Of a stretch of DNA of 64,000 nt, positions 30,152 through 39,515 are shown one piece after another. The DNA lies in the NCBI GenBank assembly GCA_017510245.1, contig JAFWNQ010000003.1, positions 1,799 through 65,798 of the forward strand, given 5' to 3'. The notes beneath the pieces are model-generated. The model did not search any database, was not told where the DNA came from, and saw only the letters and a list, made by a program, of their open reading frames with translations. The position numbers and the translations under genes were made by a program. The first letter of the stretch is position 1; each line of letters begins with the position of its first letter. This DNA is from Clostridia bacterium (GTDB lineage Bacteria; Bacillota; Clostridia; TANB77; CAG-508).

Positions 30152-31078
30152 ATGGATGATAAAGTTTTAGTTTTTGGACACAAAAATCCAGATACAGACA
30201 CAATCTGCTCAAGCATAATAGCAACTAAGTTAGCAAAACATTTAGGATATGATGCTGAAGCTGTTAGATTAGGAAAAATTAATAAAGAAACAGAATATGT
30301 TTTTAATTATTTAGGAATAGAACCTCAAAGAGAAATTTCTAAAGTAGATGAAGGACAAAAAATAATACTTGTAGACCACAATGAAGAGGCTCAAAGCGTT
30401 GAAGGAAGAGAAAAGGCAGAAGTAATTGCAGTAATAGATCATCACAGAATTGCTGATTTTACAACAACAATGCCTTTATACTACATTGCTAAGCCATATG
30501 GATGTACTGCAACCGTTTTATTTGAACTATACCAACAACACAATTTAGAAATTGATAAAGAAATAGGAACATTAATGTTAAGTGCTATTATTTCTGATAC
30601 ATTACTTTTAAAATCTCCAACATGTACTGAAAAAGATGTTGAAGTTTATAATAAACTAGAGGAAATGCTAGAAATAAATGCAAAAGAATATGGTCTTAAT
30701 ATGCTAAAAGCAGGAACTGACATTAGTGCACTAACAGCTAAAGAAGTAATAGATCTAGATGCAAAAGAGTTTATGGAAAAAGGAAAGAAGTTTGTTGTTG
30801 CACAAGTGAATACTGCTGATATAAGTGATGTATTCTCAAGAAAAGAAGATATATCATTTGCAATGGAAAAAGAAATAGCAGACAAAAAGCTAGATTTATT
30901 TGTATTTGTCATAACTGATATTATTAATACCAATTCTAAGATAATTGCCTTAGGAGAAGATAAAGAATTGGCTGAAAAAGCATTTGGACAAGAATTAGAT
31001 GAAGATGATTCTATGCTATTAGAAGGTGTTGTTTCAAGAAAGAAACAAATTGCTCCACCATTATTAGAGAATTTATAA
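30152..31078 (+). CDS. ppaC: Mn-dependent inorganic pyrophosphatase (DHH)
   Basis: GHKNPDTD, LVDHN, DHH, SDT, SRKKQ. Confidence 0.96.
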   Translation: MDDKVLVFGHKNPDTDTICSSIIATKLAKHLGYDAEAVRLGKINKETEYVFNYLGIEPQREISKVDEGQKIILVDHNEEAQSVEGREKAEVIAVIDHHRIADFTTTMPLYYIAKPYGCTATVLFELYQQHNLEIDKEIGTLMLSAIISDTLLLKSPTCTEKDVEVYNKLEEMLEINAKEYGLNMLKAGTDISALTAKEVIDLDAKEFMEKGKKFVVAQVNTADISDVFSRKEDISFAMEKEIADKKLDLFVFVITDIINTNSKIIALGEDKELAEKAFGQELDEDDSMLLEGVVSRKKQIAPPLLENL

Positions 31079-31187
31079 AACATAAAAAAACGATAACTTA
31101 TTGTTATCGTTTTTTTTATGTTGAATTTTGAAAAATTGGAAATAGGAAAAGGAGAAGATCCAAGTTTTCTATCCAAATCTCATTTTC

Positions 31188-32849
31188 TTATATGTTAGAA
31201 ATTCTATTTAAAGCACTTATCACAGCTTTTAATCCCGATTTAGTAATATCACTATCTTGCCCTATGGCCCATATGTCAGTATCATTGATTTTAATATTAA
31301 TATAAGAAACTGCTTGAGATTTTTCAGCATTTTCGTTTAAAGATTCTTGAATGTAATCTAGTATACTAAAATTATACCCCTCATCATTTAAAATACTAAC
31401 AAAGGCATCAATTGGTCCAGTACCAATCTTGCTACCTTTCTTTTGCTTTCCTTTTATGGAATAGATGATATCCAAAGAAGTATTATTATTGCTGTTTTGG
31501 ATATCATAACTTTCTACTTTGACAATATCTTCTCGATTTATAAATTCTTTTACAAAGTAATAATGAATTTCTTCGATAGTTAATTCTTTGTGTAGCTTAT
31601 CAGATAAATCTTTAAAAAACACACCAATTTCTTTTTGCATATTTCTTGGAAGATTGTATCCAAATTGTGATTCTAAAATAAAGGCAATACCAGCTTTACC
31701 AGACTGTGAGTTAATTCGTATAATGGGTTCATAGTGCCTATGAATGTCTTTGGGATTAATTGGAAGATAAGGCATTTCCCAATATTTTTTAGATTTGTCG
31801 TTAGAAAGATTTTTTAAGCCTTTTGAAATAGCATCTTGATGTGATCCGGAAAAAGAAGTAAACACTAACTCTCCAGCATATGGATGTCTAGGTGACACCT
31901 TCATTTTCGTACATTTTTCAAAAATTCTTCTTGTTTGATTTATATGAGAAAAATCAAGCTTAGGATCTACACCTGTTACATACATATTCATTGCAATATT
32001 CATTAAATCGGAATTACCAGTTCTTTCACCATTTCCAAATAAGGTGCCTTCAATTCTATTTGCACCAGCTAATAGTCCCATTTCAGAAGTCGCAACAGAT
32101 GTACCTCTATCGTTATGGGTATGTATTGAAACGATAACATTTTCTCTATCATTTATTTTTTCACAAACATATTCAATTTGATCAGCAAATATGTTTGGCG
32201 TAGAACACTCTACAGTAGCTGTAAGATTAATGATAGGTTTATAATTAGTTTGGTTTTTCCATACATCTAAAACTGAATTGATTACATCTATTGAATAATC
32301 CACTTCTGCATTAGTAAATGACTCTGGAGTATATTCAAATTGCCATTCTGTTTCAGGATGATCTTTTATGTATTCACACATAATATTTGCTGCATTAACT
32401 GCAATTTGCTTAACTTCTTCTTTAGATTTATTAAAAACAACGTCTCTTTGGATTCTAGAAATAGAGTTGTAAATATTAACAATAACTCTTTTAGCACCAA
32501 TTAAAGATTCAAAGGTTTTTTGTAAAATATCTTCACGTGCTTGTGAGATAACTTGAATAGTAACATCGTCAGGAATCTTATTGTTTTCAATTAAATACCT
32601 TGTGAATTGAAATTCAGTTTCACTAGCTGCAGGAAAACCTATTTCAATTTCTTTGAATCCAATAGAAACCAGATGATCGAAAAACTCTATTTTTTCTTGT
32701 AAACTCATCGGAGTTGCTAAAGCTTGGTTTCCATCTCTTAAATCAACACTGCACCAGATAGGAGCTTCAGTGATTTCTTTTTCGGGCCATGACCTATGAC
32801 TGGGTTTTTTCCAGTCATACATTCTTTTATAATTTTCAAAATTTTTCAT
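31188..32849 (-). CDS. leuA: 2-isopropylmalate synthase (yeast/actinobacterial type)
   Basis: WCSVDLRDGNQAL, HTHNDRG, GNGERTGN, SGSHQDAI, RINSQSGK; GGAGG RBS before MKNF. Confidence 0.95.
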   Translation of the reverse strand: MKNFENYKRMYDWKKPSHRSWPEKEITEAPIWCSVDLRDGNQALATPMSLQEKIEFFDHLVSIGFKEIEIGFPAASETEFQFTRYLIENNKIPDDVTIQVISQAREDILQKTFESLIGAKRVIVNIYNSISRIQRDVVFNKSKEEVKQIAVNAANIMCEYIKDHPETEWQFEYTPESFTNAEVDYSIDVINSVLDVWKNQTNYKPIINLTATVECSTPNIFADQIEYVCEKINDRENVIVSIHTHNDRGTSVATSEMGLLAGANRIEGTLFGNGERTGNSDLMNIAMNMYVTGVDPKLDFSHINQTRRIFEKCTKMKVSPRHPYAGELVFTSFSGSHQDAISKGLKNLSNDKSKKYWEMPYLPINPKDIHRHYEPIIRINSQSGKAGIAFILESQFGYNLPRNMQKEIGVFFKDLSDKLHKELTIEEIHYYFVKEFINREDIVKVESYDIQNSNNNTSLDIIYSIKGKQKKGSKIGTGPIDAFVSILNDEGYNFSILDYIQESLNENAEKSQAVSYINIKINDTDIWAIGQDSDITKSGLKAVISALNRISNI

Positions 32850-32868
32850 AAAGTATCCTCCTGTATAT

Positions 32869-32913
32869 AAAAACAAAAAACTCTATACAATCCACAAAAT
32901 GATTATATAGAGT
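32869..32913 (-). terminator. Attenuator terminator in the leuA leader
   Basis: actctatataatc...gattgtatagagt hairpin followed by TTTTTGTTTTT just upstream of the leuA RBS. Confidence 0.8.
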
Positions 32914-32973
32914 ATATTCATCAAAATAATATTAATATATATAAATTATTCACAATAGTAATAAACTCTATAA

Positions 32974-33033
32974 TTAGGATAATAGAGCTATTTGTATGAG
33001 ATTTAATTCAATAATATTCTTTATAAATTCCAT
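32974..33033 (-). CDS. leuA leader peptide MEFIKNIIELNLIQIALLS
   Basis: AGGAG RBS; 4 Leu and 5 Ile in 19 codons; lies between promoter and terminator. Confidence 0.75.
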   Translation of the reverse strand: MEFIKNIIELNLIQIALLS

Positions 33034-33064
33034 TTTAAAATCTCCTAGTGAATTTATTGAAATA

Positions 33065-33093
33065 AGTATAGTACATTTTGAAAAAAAAGTCAA
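33065..33093 (-). promoter_or_regulatory. sigmaA promoter of the leuA leader
   Basis: TTGACT-17 bp-TATACT. Confidence 0.75.
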
Positions 33094-33182
33094 GAATTGC
33101 TTTTTTATGTGTTTTGAGGTATAATAGTAGAAGTTACGTATAGGTCAAGTATTATAAATTCTAATTAGAAAGAGGTAATACA

Positions 33183-33770
33183 ATGGGAAAGCGGACCTTC
33201 ACACAACTAAAAAAGAGTATGACTCTTCGGCAATTTAACCTGTTCTGCAGAGACATTGCGAATGAATATGCTTTTTCAGGACTGTTTTTGGCTAGGACAC
33301 ACTTCACAACTACATACAATATAACTGAAAGCTGTTATCAAAAAATAAAGGACTATGCAGTCACTCATTATTTGATTTCAGACCATGGAGTTGACCTTAT
33401 GGAGTCAAAATCTATGGGAAATCAAGCAAGGAGTGCAGGAGTTGAAGGCTGGTCCTCGAACAAACATTATGCTAAGCTTCGAAAAGAGAGGAAAAAGTTT
33501 ATATTTGAGATCGCTGAAGAGTATATCGAACATCCAGAAATGACACTAGGGCAGCTTATTGAAAGTAGAGGAAGAAATCCAGAAGGATATTACTACATGC
33601 TCTATATTGCATTTGTTGGAGACTATGGTGTAACGTTTGAGATGGCCAAGAAAATGGTCGCACGAATGTTTAATGATTGTCCTTCAGAAGACAAATGTAT
33701 AACTCTATGTGCCATTGTGGAAACATTTTGGAGTGAAAGGAATGCACGAAAAAAGGGAGGAACCCAGTAA
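33183..33770 (+). CDS. Orphan hypothetical protein, GC-richer solo cassette
   Basis: GAGGT RBS, upstream TATAAT, own terminator ~33756-33788. Confidence 0.7.
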   Translation: MGKRTFTQLKKSMTLRQFNLFCRDIANEYAFSGLFLARTHFTTTYNITESCYQKIKDYAVTHYLISDHGVDLMESKSMGNQARSAGVEGWSSNKHYAKLRKERKKFIFEIAEEYIEHPEMTLGQLIESRGRNPEGYYYMLYIAFVGDYGVTFEMAKKMVARMFNDCPSEDKCITLCAIVETFWSERNARKKGGTQ

Positions 33771-33872
33771 TGGGTTTCTCCCTTTTTGCAATAAAAATGT
33801 AATACTGAAATTGTTGAAAATATTAAAGTATAATGATACTATTAATATGATAGAGAATAATAGGAGGAACAA

Positions 33873-35813
33873 ATGAAAAAGATAAGAAGAATAATTGTTA
33901 TATTACTATTATTAATGGTTGCGTTTATGGTTAAAAAGGTTAATGCTTCGACATCTTCTACAGTTTATACTGGAGAAATACCACTTATTGAAAAAATAGA
34001 AGATATTGAAATTGTTTCGAATGAAGTTAATGTAGATGTTAATACATCAAAAGTAACAAACCAATTAATAATTAAAAATATCAAAAATGAAGACCTCGTG
34101 ACAAAAATAACAGCAAAACTTGAAGACAAAAAAACAGGTTTTTCAATCAAAGATTTAGTAATAAAAGTAAACAATTTAGAAATAAAAAACATCGAAAAAG
34201 AAGAAGATAATTATATCTTTAATGTAAAAATTAAATCAAATGAATATGAGAAAATTGAAATTAACTATACAACAGAAAATGATTTAAAAAATGCAAAAGC
34301 AATAAAATACAGTTTAGATAATTATAAAGGAAAAAAAGTAAAGAAGTTTAATATAGATTTAACAATTCCAGAAGAAGATATTCCATTGGTAAAAAAGATA
34401 TATCCAGAGTGCTATGACTTTAATGAAGAGAGTAAGAAAATTAGTGTTTGTTATTATGATTTTACAATAAACAATCTAACAAAAGATTTTATAGTACAAA
34501 AAGAAACATGGAACAATTTGATTTATGGAGAAGATGTAATAAAAGATGACCTACAGGCTGCATTATATAAAAATGCAAGAGAATTGATGAGCACAGATTT
34601 AGATGTTAAGTGGGATAGATATATAGTTGGTCTTTATTTAGAAGGAGATTTTGTAGAATACCTTTTTGATGAAAATCGTTACATAGCTAACTATTTTAAT
34701 ATAAAAATACCAGAAATAACAGAAGATTTTTATAGCTCTGTATACAGTACTCCACTTGAACATGACTCTATACTTTCGTATGTTATTTATAAACAAGCTA
34801 AGTATGATAACTTAAAAACGGTTAAAGATACCATTGTTGCAAAATATGATGGAGTCTATCCATTAACTAAAAATACTGTTGACAGATATAGTTACTCTGA
34901 TGCGAATGGAAATATAGTTGATAAAAAAATATGTATTGATTATGTTAGATCAGAAGGAGATAAAGAACTGTATATTGGATCAAGAAGATTTTTGGCTGAG
35001 CCTCCTAAAAGAAGATTTGACGAATTTGAATTATTAATAAAGAGAGACACAGGAGAAGGAGGTGGAATATATTATAGGTATGGGCCAGAATATACATACA
35101 GAACAATAAATATTGGACTTGACATAAATGGAAATGAAATTGATGCAACTGAAGAAGAGAAAGTTGAGTTTATTAATAAAATAGGTGCAGATTTATATAT
35201 TAGAAAAGTAATATATGATGGAAATACAAAAACAACTTTTGTTTCTGAATGGGATGGTGAAGAACATGAGGGAGACTTGAGTATGGTAGTTGCATATTAT
35301 ACGGATAAAAATAAAGAGATTGCAAACTCATATTTAGGAGAGAAAAGTGAATGGGTAAAAGTGCTGAAATTTGAAAATGAAATTGTATCCAATAATAGTA
35401 AGGTTCCAACGATTGTTTCTTCAGTAGGATACAGGACTATTGAAAATGGAAAGTATATGATTAATTTTTTTGGACGCTATGCTGGTAGATTTGATGCGTT
35501 AGGATATATTGGCGAAGCTATTAATACAAATGATGCTAAAGCTTTAATACAAGAAAATAATAAAGAAAACGAAAACATTAAACAACAAGTTGAAAATGAA
35601 ATAAAATCAATAAAAATTGCAGATGATAAAGAGGAATACTCAGTAAAAAGTAATGAAAAAATAATAAAAAATGACACTGGAGTGATAGAGAATAACAATA
35701 AAATCAATTTATCTAATAATGAGAAAATATTTATTGCAATATTAGGAGTTGCAATTATAATAAATATTTTAATAATAATTATAAAGAAAAGGGGAAAGAA
35801 AAATGGAAAATAA
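33873..35813 (+). CDS. Large secreted protein with C-terminal TM anchor
   Basis: Signal peptide, C-terminal hydrophobic helix and basic tail; overlaps the next gene. Confidence 0.7.
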   Translation: MKKIRRIIVILLLLMVAFMVKKVNASTSSTVYTGEIPLIEKIEDIEIVSNEVNVDVNTSKVTNQLIIKNIKNEDLVTKITAKLEDKKTGFSIKDLVIKVNNLEIKNIEKEEDNYIFNVKIKSNEYEKIEINYTTENDLKNAKAIKYSLDNYKGKKVKKFNIDLTIPEEDIPLVKKIYPECYDFNEESKKISVCYYDFTINNLTKDFIVQKETWNNLIYGEDVIKDDLQAALYKNARELMSTDLDVKWDRYIVGLYLEGDFVEYLFDENRYIANYFNIKIPEITEDFYSSVYSTPLEHDSILSYVIYKQAKYDNLKTVKDTIVAKYDGVYPLTKNTVDRYSYSDANGNIVDKKICIDYVRSEGDKELYIGSRRFLAEPPKRRFDEFELLIKRDTGEGGGIYYRYGPEYTYRTINIGLDINGNEIDATEEEKVEFINKIGADLYIRKVIYDGNTKTTFVSEWDGEEHEGDLSMVVAYYTDKNKEIANSYLGEKSEWVKVLKFENEIVSNNSKVPTIVSSVGYRTIENGKYMINFFGRYAGRFDALGYIGEAINTNDAKALIQENNKENENIKQQVENEIKSIKIADDKEEYSVKSNEKIIKNDTGVIENNNKINLSNNEKIFIAILGVAIIINILIIIIKKRGKKNGK

Positions 35814-36852
35814 TGAAATGAGTAATGGTGCAGCAAACAACAGTAATAACAATGAAAAAAAAGGGATAAAGATAACAACACTAAGCTTAATCATATTAAT
35901 AATGCTTGCAATAATATTTTGCATATATAAGGTTTTCTTTGATAATGAAGAAGTGAAAGTACAGCCAAAGCAAGCAGAGCAGGTTGCAGAAGAAATAACA
36001 GAAGTAGAAAATGAAATTAATGAAGCAACAACTAAACCAACATTAAAAATGACAGCAGAAGAATTTCCAAAAGTAGATGGAGCAACAGCAATGCTTCCAA
36101 TGGTAAAAGAAATGGTTAAAACTGTAGCTGGATTAAGTGATGCAGAAGCAGATAAGTATATTGAAGAAAACACTCAAGGAAAATCTGCTAAGGTTTATGC
36201 TAGTCTAATAAACAAAGAGAAAGACTTGATATTTGTTTCAGAACCATCAGATGATATATTGAAACAAGCAAAAGAAAAAAATGTTGAGTTTGATATGACC
36301 GGCATAGGCTATGATGGATTTGTATTTTTATTAAATGAAAAAAATCCTGTTAAATCTTTAACCATTGAGCAAATTCAAAAAATATATACAGGAGAAATAA
36401 CTAACTGGAAAGAAGTTGGTGGAGATGATGCTAAGATATATGCATATCAAAGAGAAGCAAATTCAGGAAGTCAAAATTTAATGGAAAAAATGGTTATGAA
36501 AGGACTAAAAATGAAGCAACCAGAAGAAACTTCAATAGCGATTAGCTCAATGTCAAAATTAGTTGATGTAGTTTCATCAGGAGAAAATAGTAAATATGCT
36601 ATAGGATATTCAATATATCTATATGCAAAAGAACAACATGTTGGAGAAAATGTTAAGTTCCTAGATATAAATGGAATTGAAGCAAATGATGAAAATATTA
36701 CAAATAAAACTTATCCACTAACAAAAGTTGTATATGCAGTAACAAGAAAAGACGTACCAGAAGACAGTAATGTGAGAAAACTAACTAATTGGCTATTAAC
36801 ACCATTAGGACAAGACGTTGTAGTATCTGGAGGTTATGTAAGATATAATTAA
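35803..36852 (+). CDS. PstS-family substrate-binding protein (TM-anchored, orphan), paralog of 27423
   Basis: FPKVDGATA, IYTGEITNWKEVGGDD, QREANSGSQ, AIGYS. Confidence 0.8.
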   Translation: MENNEMSNGAANNSNNNEKKGIKITTLSLIILIMLAIIFCIYKVFFDNEEVKVQPKQAEQVAEEITEVENEINEATTKPTLKMTAEEFPKVDGATAMLPMVKEMVKTVAGLSDAEADKYIEENTQGKSAKVYASLINKEKDLIFVSEPSDDILKQAKEKNVEFDMTGIGYDGFVFLLNEKNPVKSLTIEQIQKIYTGEITNWKEVGGDDAKIYAYQREANSGSQNLMEKMVMKGLKMKQPEETSIAISSMSKLVDVVSSGENSKYAIGYSIYLYAKEQHVGENVKFLDINGIEANDENITNKTYPLTKVVYAVTRKDVPEDSNVRKLTNWLLTPLGQDVVVSGGYVRYN

Positions 36853-36962
36853 TTTGTTATAAAAACGACTGAGAAAATCAGTCGTTTTTGTGATTTTTAC
36901 TTGTATCTTAAACATTATTTTGATATAATGAAAAGGATTTTTATAGAAAGAGGTGTGGAAAA

Positions 36963-37451
36963 ATGTCAAAAGAAAGAAATTGTGCAGATGAAAGAGCAAG
37001 AAAAGAAACACTTGAAATAGCTGAAAAATATACACATGATAAAGATAACTTAATAGCTATTTTAAATGAAGTTCAAGTGAAATATGGATATATTCCAAAA
37101 GAATCTCAATTAACGATTGCAGAATACTTAGATATGCCACTAGCAGAAGTATATGGTGTAATAACTTTTTATTCAAGATTTACATTAATACCAAAAGGAA
37201 AATACAATATATCAATTTGTATGGGAACTGCATGCTTTGTTAAAGGTGCAAAGGAATTAGTAGAAAGAGCCAAGGAAAGACTTGGAATCGAGGAAGGACA
37301 AACAAGCGAAGACGGAAAGTTTTCATTAGAAACAATGAGATGTGTAGGAGCTTGTGGATTAGCACCTGTATTTACAATTAATGACGAAGTATATGGTAAA
37401 GCAACAGTAAAAAAACTAGATGAAGTATTGGACAGTTTAATGAAAGAATAA
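36963..37451 (+). CDS. [FeFe]-hydrogenase NuoE-like subunit (HydC)
   Basis: CMGTAC and CVGACGLAP 2Fe-2S motifs. Confidence 0.92.
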   Translation: MSKERNCADERARKETLEIAEKYTHDKDNLIAILNEVQVKYGYIPKESQLTIAEYLDMPLAEVYGVITFYSRFTLIPKGKYNISICMGTACFVKGAKELVERAKERLGIEEGQTSEDGKFSLETMRCVGACGLAPVFTINDEVYGKATVKKLDEVLDSLMKE

Positions 37452-37535
37452 AAGTGCCATTAGGTACGTGCCATTGCCACTAGGGACGTAGAATTTTTGG
37501 CAATTTGAAGAAAATTGAGAAAGGAATATGTGTAA

Positions 37536-39398
37536 ATGAAGAAATCTATAGAAGAAATTGAAAAGATTCGTGAAATAAAAAGTAAAGAATTAGAGTTAAG
37601 AACAAATAAAGATTTCACTGGAGCTCGCAAAGATATATTAGTGTGTCATGGTACAGGATGTACATCTTCAAAGTCTCCAGAAATATTAGAGAAATTAAAA
37701 GAAATAATTAAAGAAAAAGATTTGAAAGATATAAATGTTGTTAAGGTCGGATGCTTAGGATTATGCTCAAAAGGACCTATAGTAATAATTAGACCAGAAG
37801 ATACATTTTACTCAATGGTAACAGTAGATGACTGTGAAGAAATAATTGAATCACATATTATTAATGGTGAGGTTGTTCAAAGATTATTATGCAAGACAAT
37901 TGATAGTAAAGAAGCTATTGAAAAATTAGATGACCAACCATTTTACAAGAAACAAAAACGTATTGCGCTTAAAAACTGTGGTATAATAAATCCAGAAGAC
38001 ATTGATGAATATATATCTGTAGATGGATTTAAAGCATTAGAAAAAGTTTTAACTAAAATGAAACCTGAAGAAGTAATTGATGAATTGACTAAATCTGGTC
38101 TAAGAGGACGTGGAGGAGCTGGATTCCCTACAGGAATGAAGTGGAATTTTGTTCTTAAAGAAAAAGGCGAGCAAAAATATGTTGTATGTAATGCTGATGA
38201 AGGAGATCCGGGAGCTTTTATGGATAGAAGTATCCTTGAAGGAGATCCACATTCTATTCTAGAAGCCATGTCTATTGCTGGTTATACAGTAGGAGCCAAT
38301 AAAGGATATATTTATGTTAGAGCTGAATACCCAATAGCAGTAACAAGACTTCAAATAGCAATAAACCAAGAGAGAGAATATGGAATTTTAGGTGAAAATA
38401 TATTTGGAACTGACCATAGTTTTGACATTGAAATAAGACTTGGAGCAGGAGCTTTTGTTTGTGGTGAAGAAACTGCACTATTAGAATCAGTAGAAGGAAA
38501 GAGAGGACAACCTCGTCTTAAACCACCATTCCCAGCAAATAGTGGACTATGGCAAAAGCCAACACTAATTAATAATGTTGAAACATATGCAAATGTAACA
38601 AGAATTATAAATAATGGAGCTGATTGGTATGCAGGAATAGGAACTGAAGGCTCAAAAGGAACCAAAGTATTTGCTCTAGGTGGAAATGTTAATAATGTAG
38701 GACTAGTTGAAGTTCCAATGGGAACAACTTTAAGAGAAATCATTTTTGATATAGGTGGAGGAATTCCTAACGGCAGAAAATTTAAAGCTGCTCAAACAGG
38801 AGGACCATCAGGTGGATGTATTCCAGAAAAATACTTAGACACACCTATTGATTATGAAAGCTTAAAAGAAATCGGATCAATGATGGGATCTGGTGGATTG
38901 ATTGTTATGGATGATACAAAATGTATGGTTAACCTAGCAAAATTCTATTTAGATTTCACTGTAAGTGAGAGTTGCGGAAAGTGTACTCCATGTAGAGTTG
39001 GAACAAAGAGAATGTTAGAAACTCTTGAGAAAATATGCGAAGGAAATGGAACTGAGAAGGACATTGAAAAGTTAAGAACATTAGCAGATAATATATGTAA
39101 AGCTTCAGTATGTGGTTTGGGTCAAACAGCACCTAATCCAGTAATAAGTACTTTGAAGTATTTTGAAGATGAATATAGAGAGCATGTTATTGATAAATCT
39201 TGTAGAGCTAAAGAATGCAAAAACCTTACTAAAATTGAAATTGATCCAGAGAAATGTAAGGGATGTGACTTATGTAAAAAAGCTTGTCCAGTTGGAGCTA
39301 TTTCTGGTGAAGTGACAAAAGTTCACGAAATAGACCAAAGCAAGTGTATTAAGTGTAGAAGTTGCTTGCAGGCTTGTCCTTTTAAAGCAATTAGCTAG
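37536..39398 (+). CDS. [FeFe]-hydrogenase NuoF-like NADH/FMN subunit (HydB)
   Basis: GLRGRGGAGFP, NADEGDPG, ESCGKCTPCR, two C-terminal 4Fe-4S motifs. Confidence 0.95.
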   Translation: MKKSIEEIEKIREIKSKELELRTNKDFTGARKDILVCHGTGCTSSKSPEILEKLKEIIKEKDLKDINVVKVGCLGLCSKGPIVIIRPEDTFYSMVTVDDCEEIIESHIINGEVVQRLLCKTIDSKEAIEKLDDQPFYKKQKRIALKNCGIINPEDIDEYISVDGFKALEKVLTKMKPEEVIDELTKSGLRGRGGAGFPTGMKWNFVLKEKGEQKYVVCNADEGDPGAFMDRSILEGDPHSILEAMSIAGYTVGANKGYIYVRAEYPIAVTRLQIAINQEREYGILGENIFGTDHSFDIEIRLGAGAFVCGEETALLESVEGKRGQPRLKPPFPANSGLWQKPTLINNVETYANVTRIINNGADWYAGIGTEGSKGTKVFALGGNVNNVGLVEVPMGTTLREIIFDIGGGIPNGRKFKAAQTGGPSGGCIPEKYLDTPIDYESLKEIGSMMGSGGLIVMDDTKCMVNLAKFYLDFTVSESCGKCTPCRVGTKRMLETLEKICEGNGTEKDIEKLRTLADNICKASVCGLGQTAPNPVISTLKYFEDEYREHVIDKSCRAKECKNLTKIEIDPEKCKGCDLCKKACPVGAISGEVTKVHEIDQSKCIKCRSCLQACPFKAIS

Positions 39399-39515
39399 TA
39401 GCAAGAATTTAAAATAAAGTGAAGAAAAATCATTACTAAGCACGGAGCTTCGTGAAGTTCTAAAAGATATTTATGAAGTGCCGATGACGAACGGAGTGAA
39501 GAATGGGAGGATTCA

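Noticed and set aside
39420-39505. Regulatory RNA between hydB and hydA
   Set aside because: Only a short hairpin (gagcttcgtgaagttc) in a single copy; not enough support
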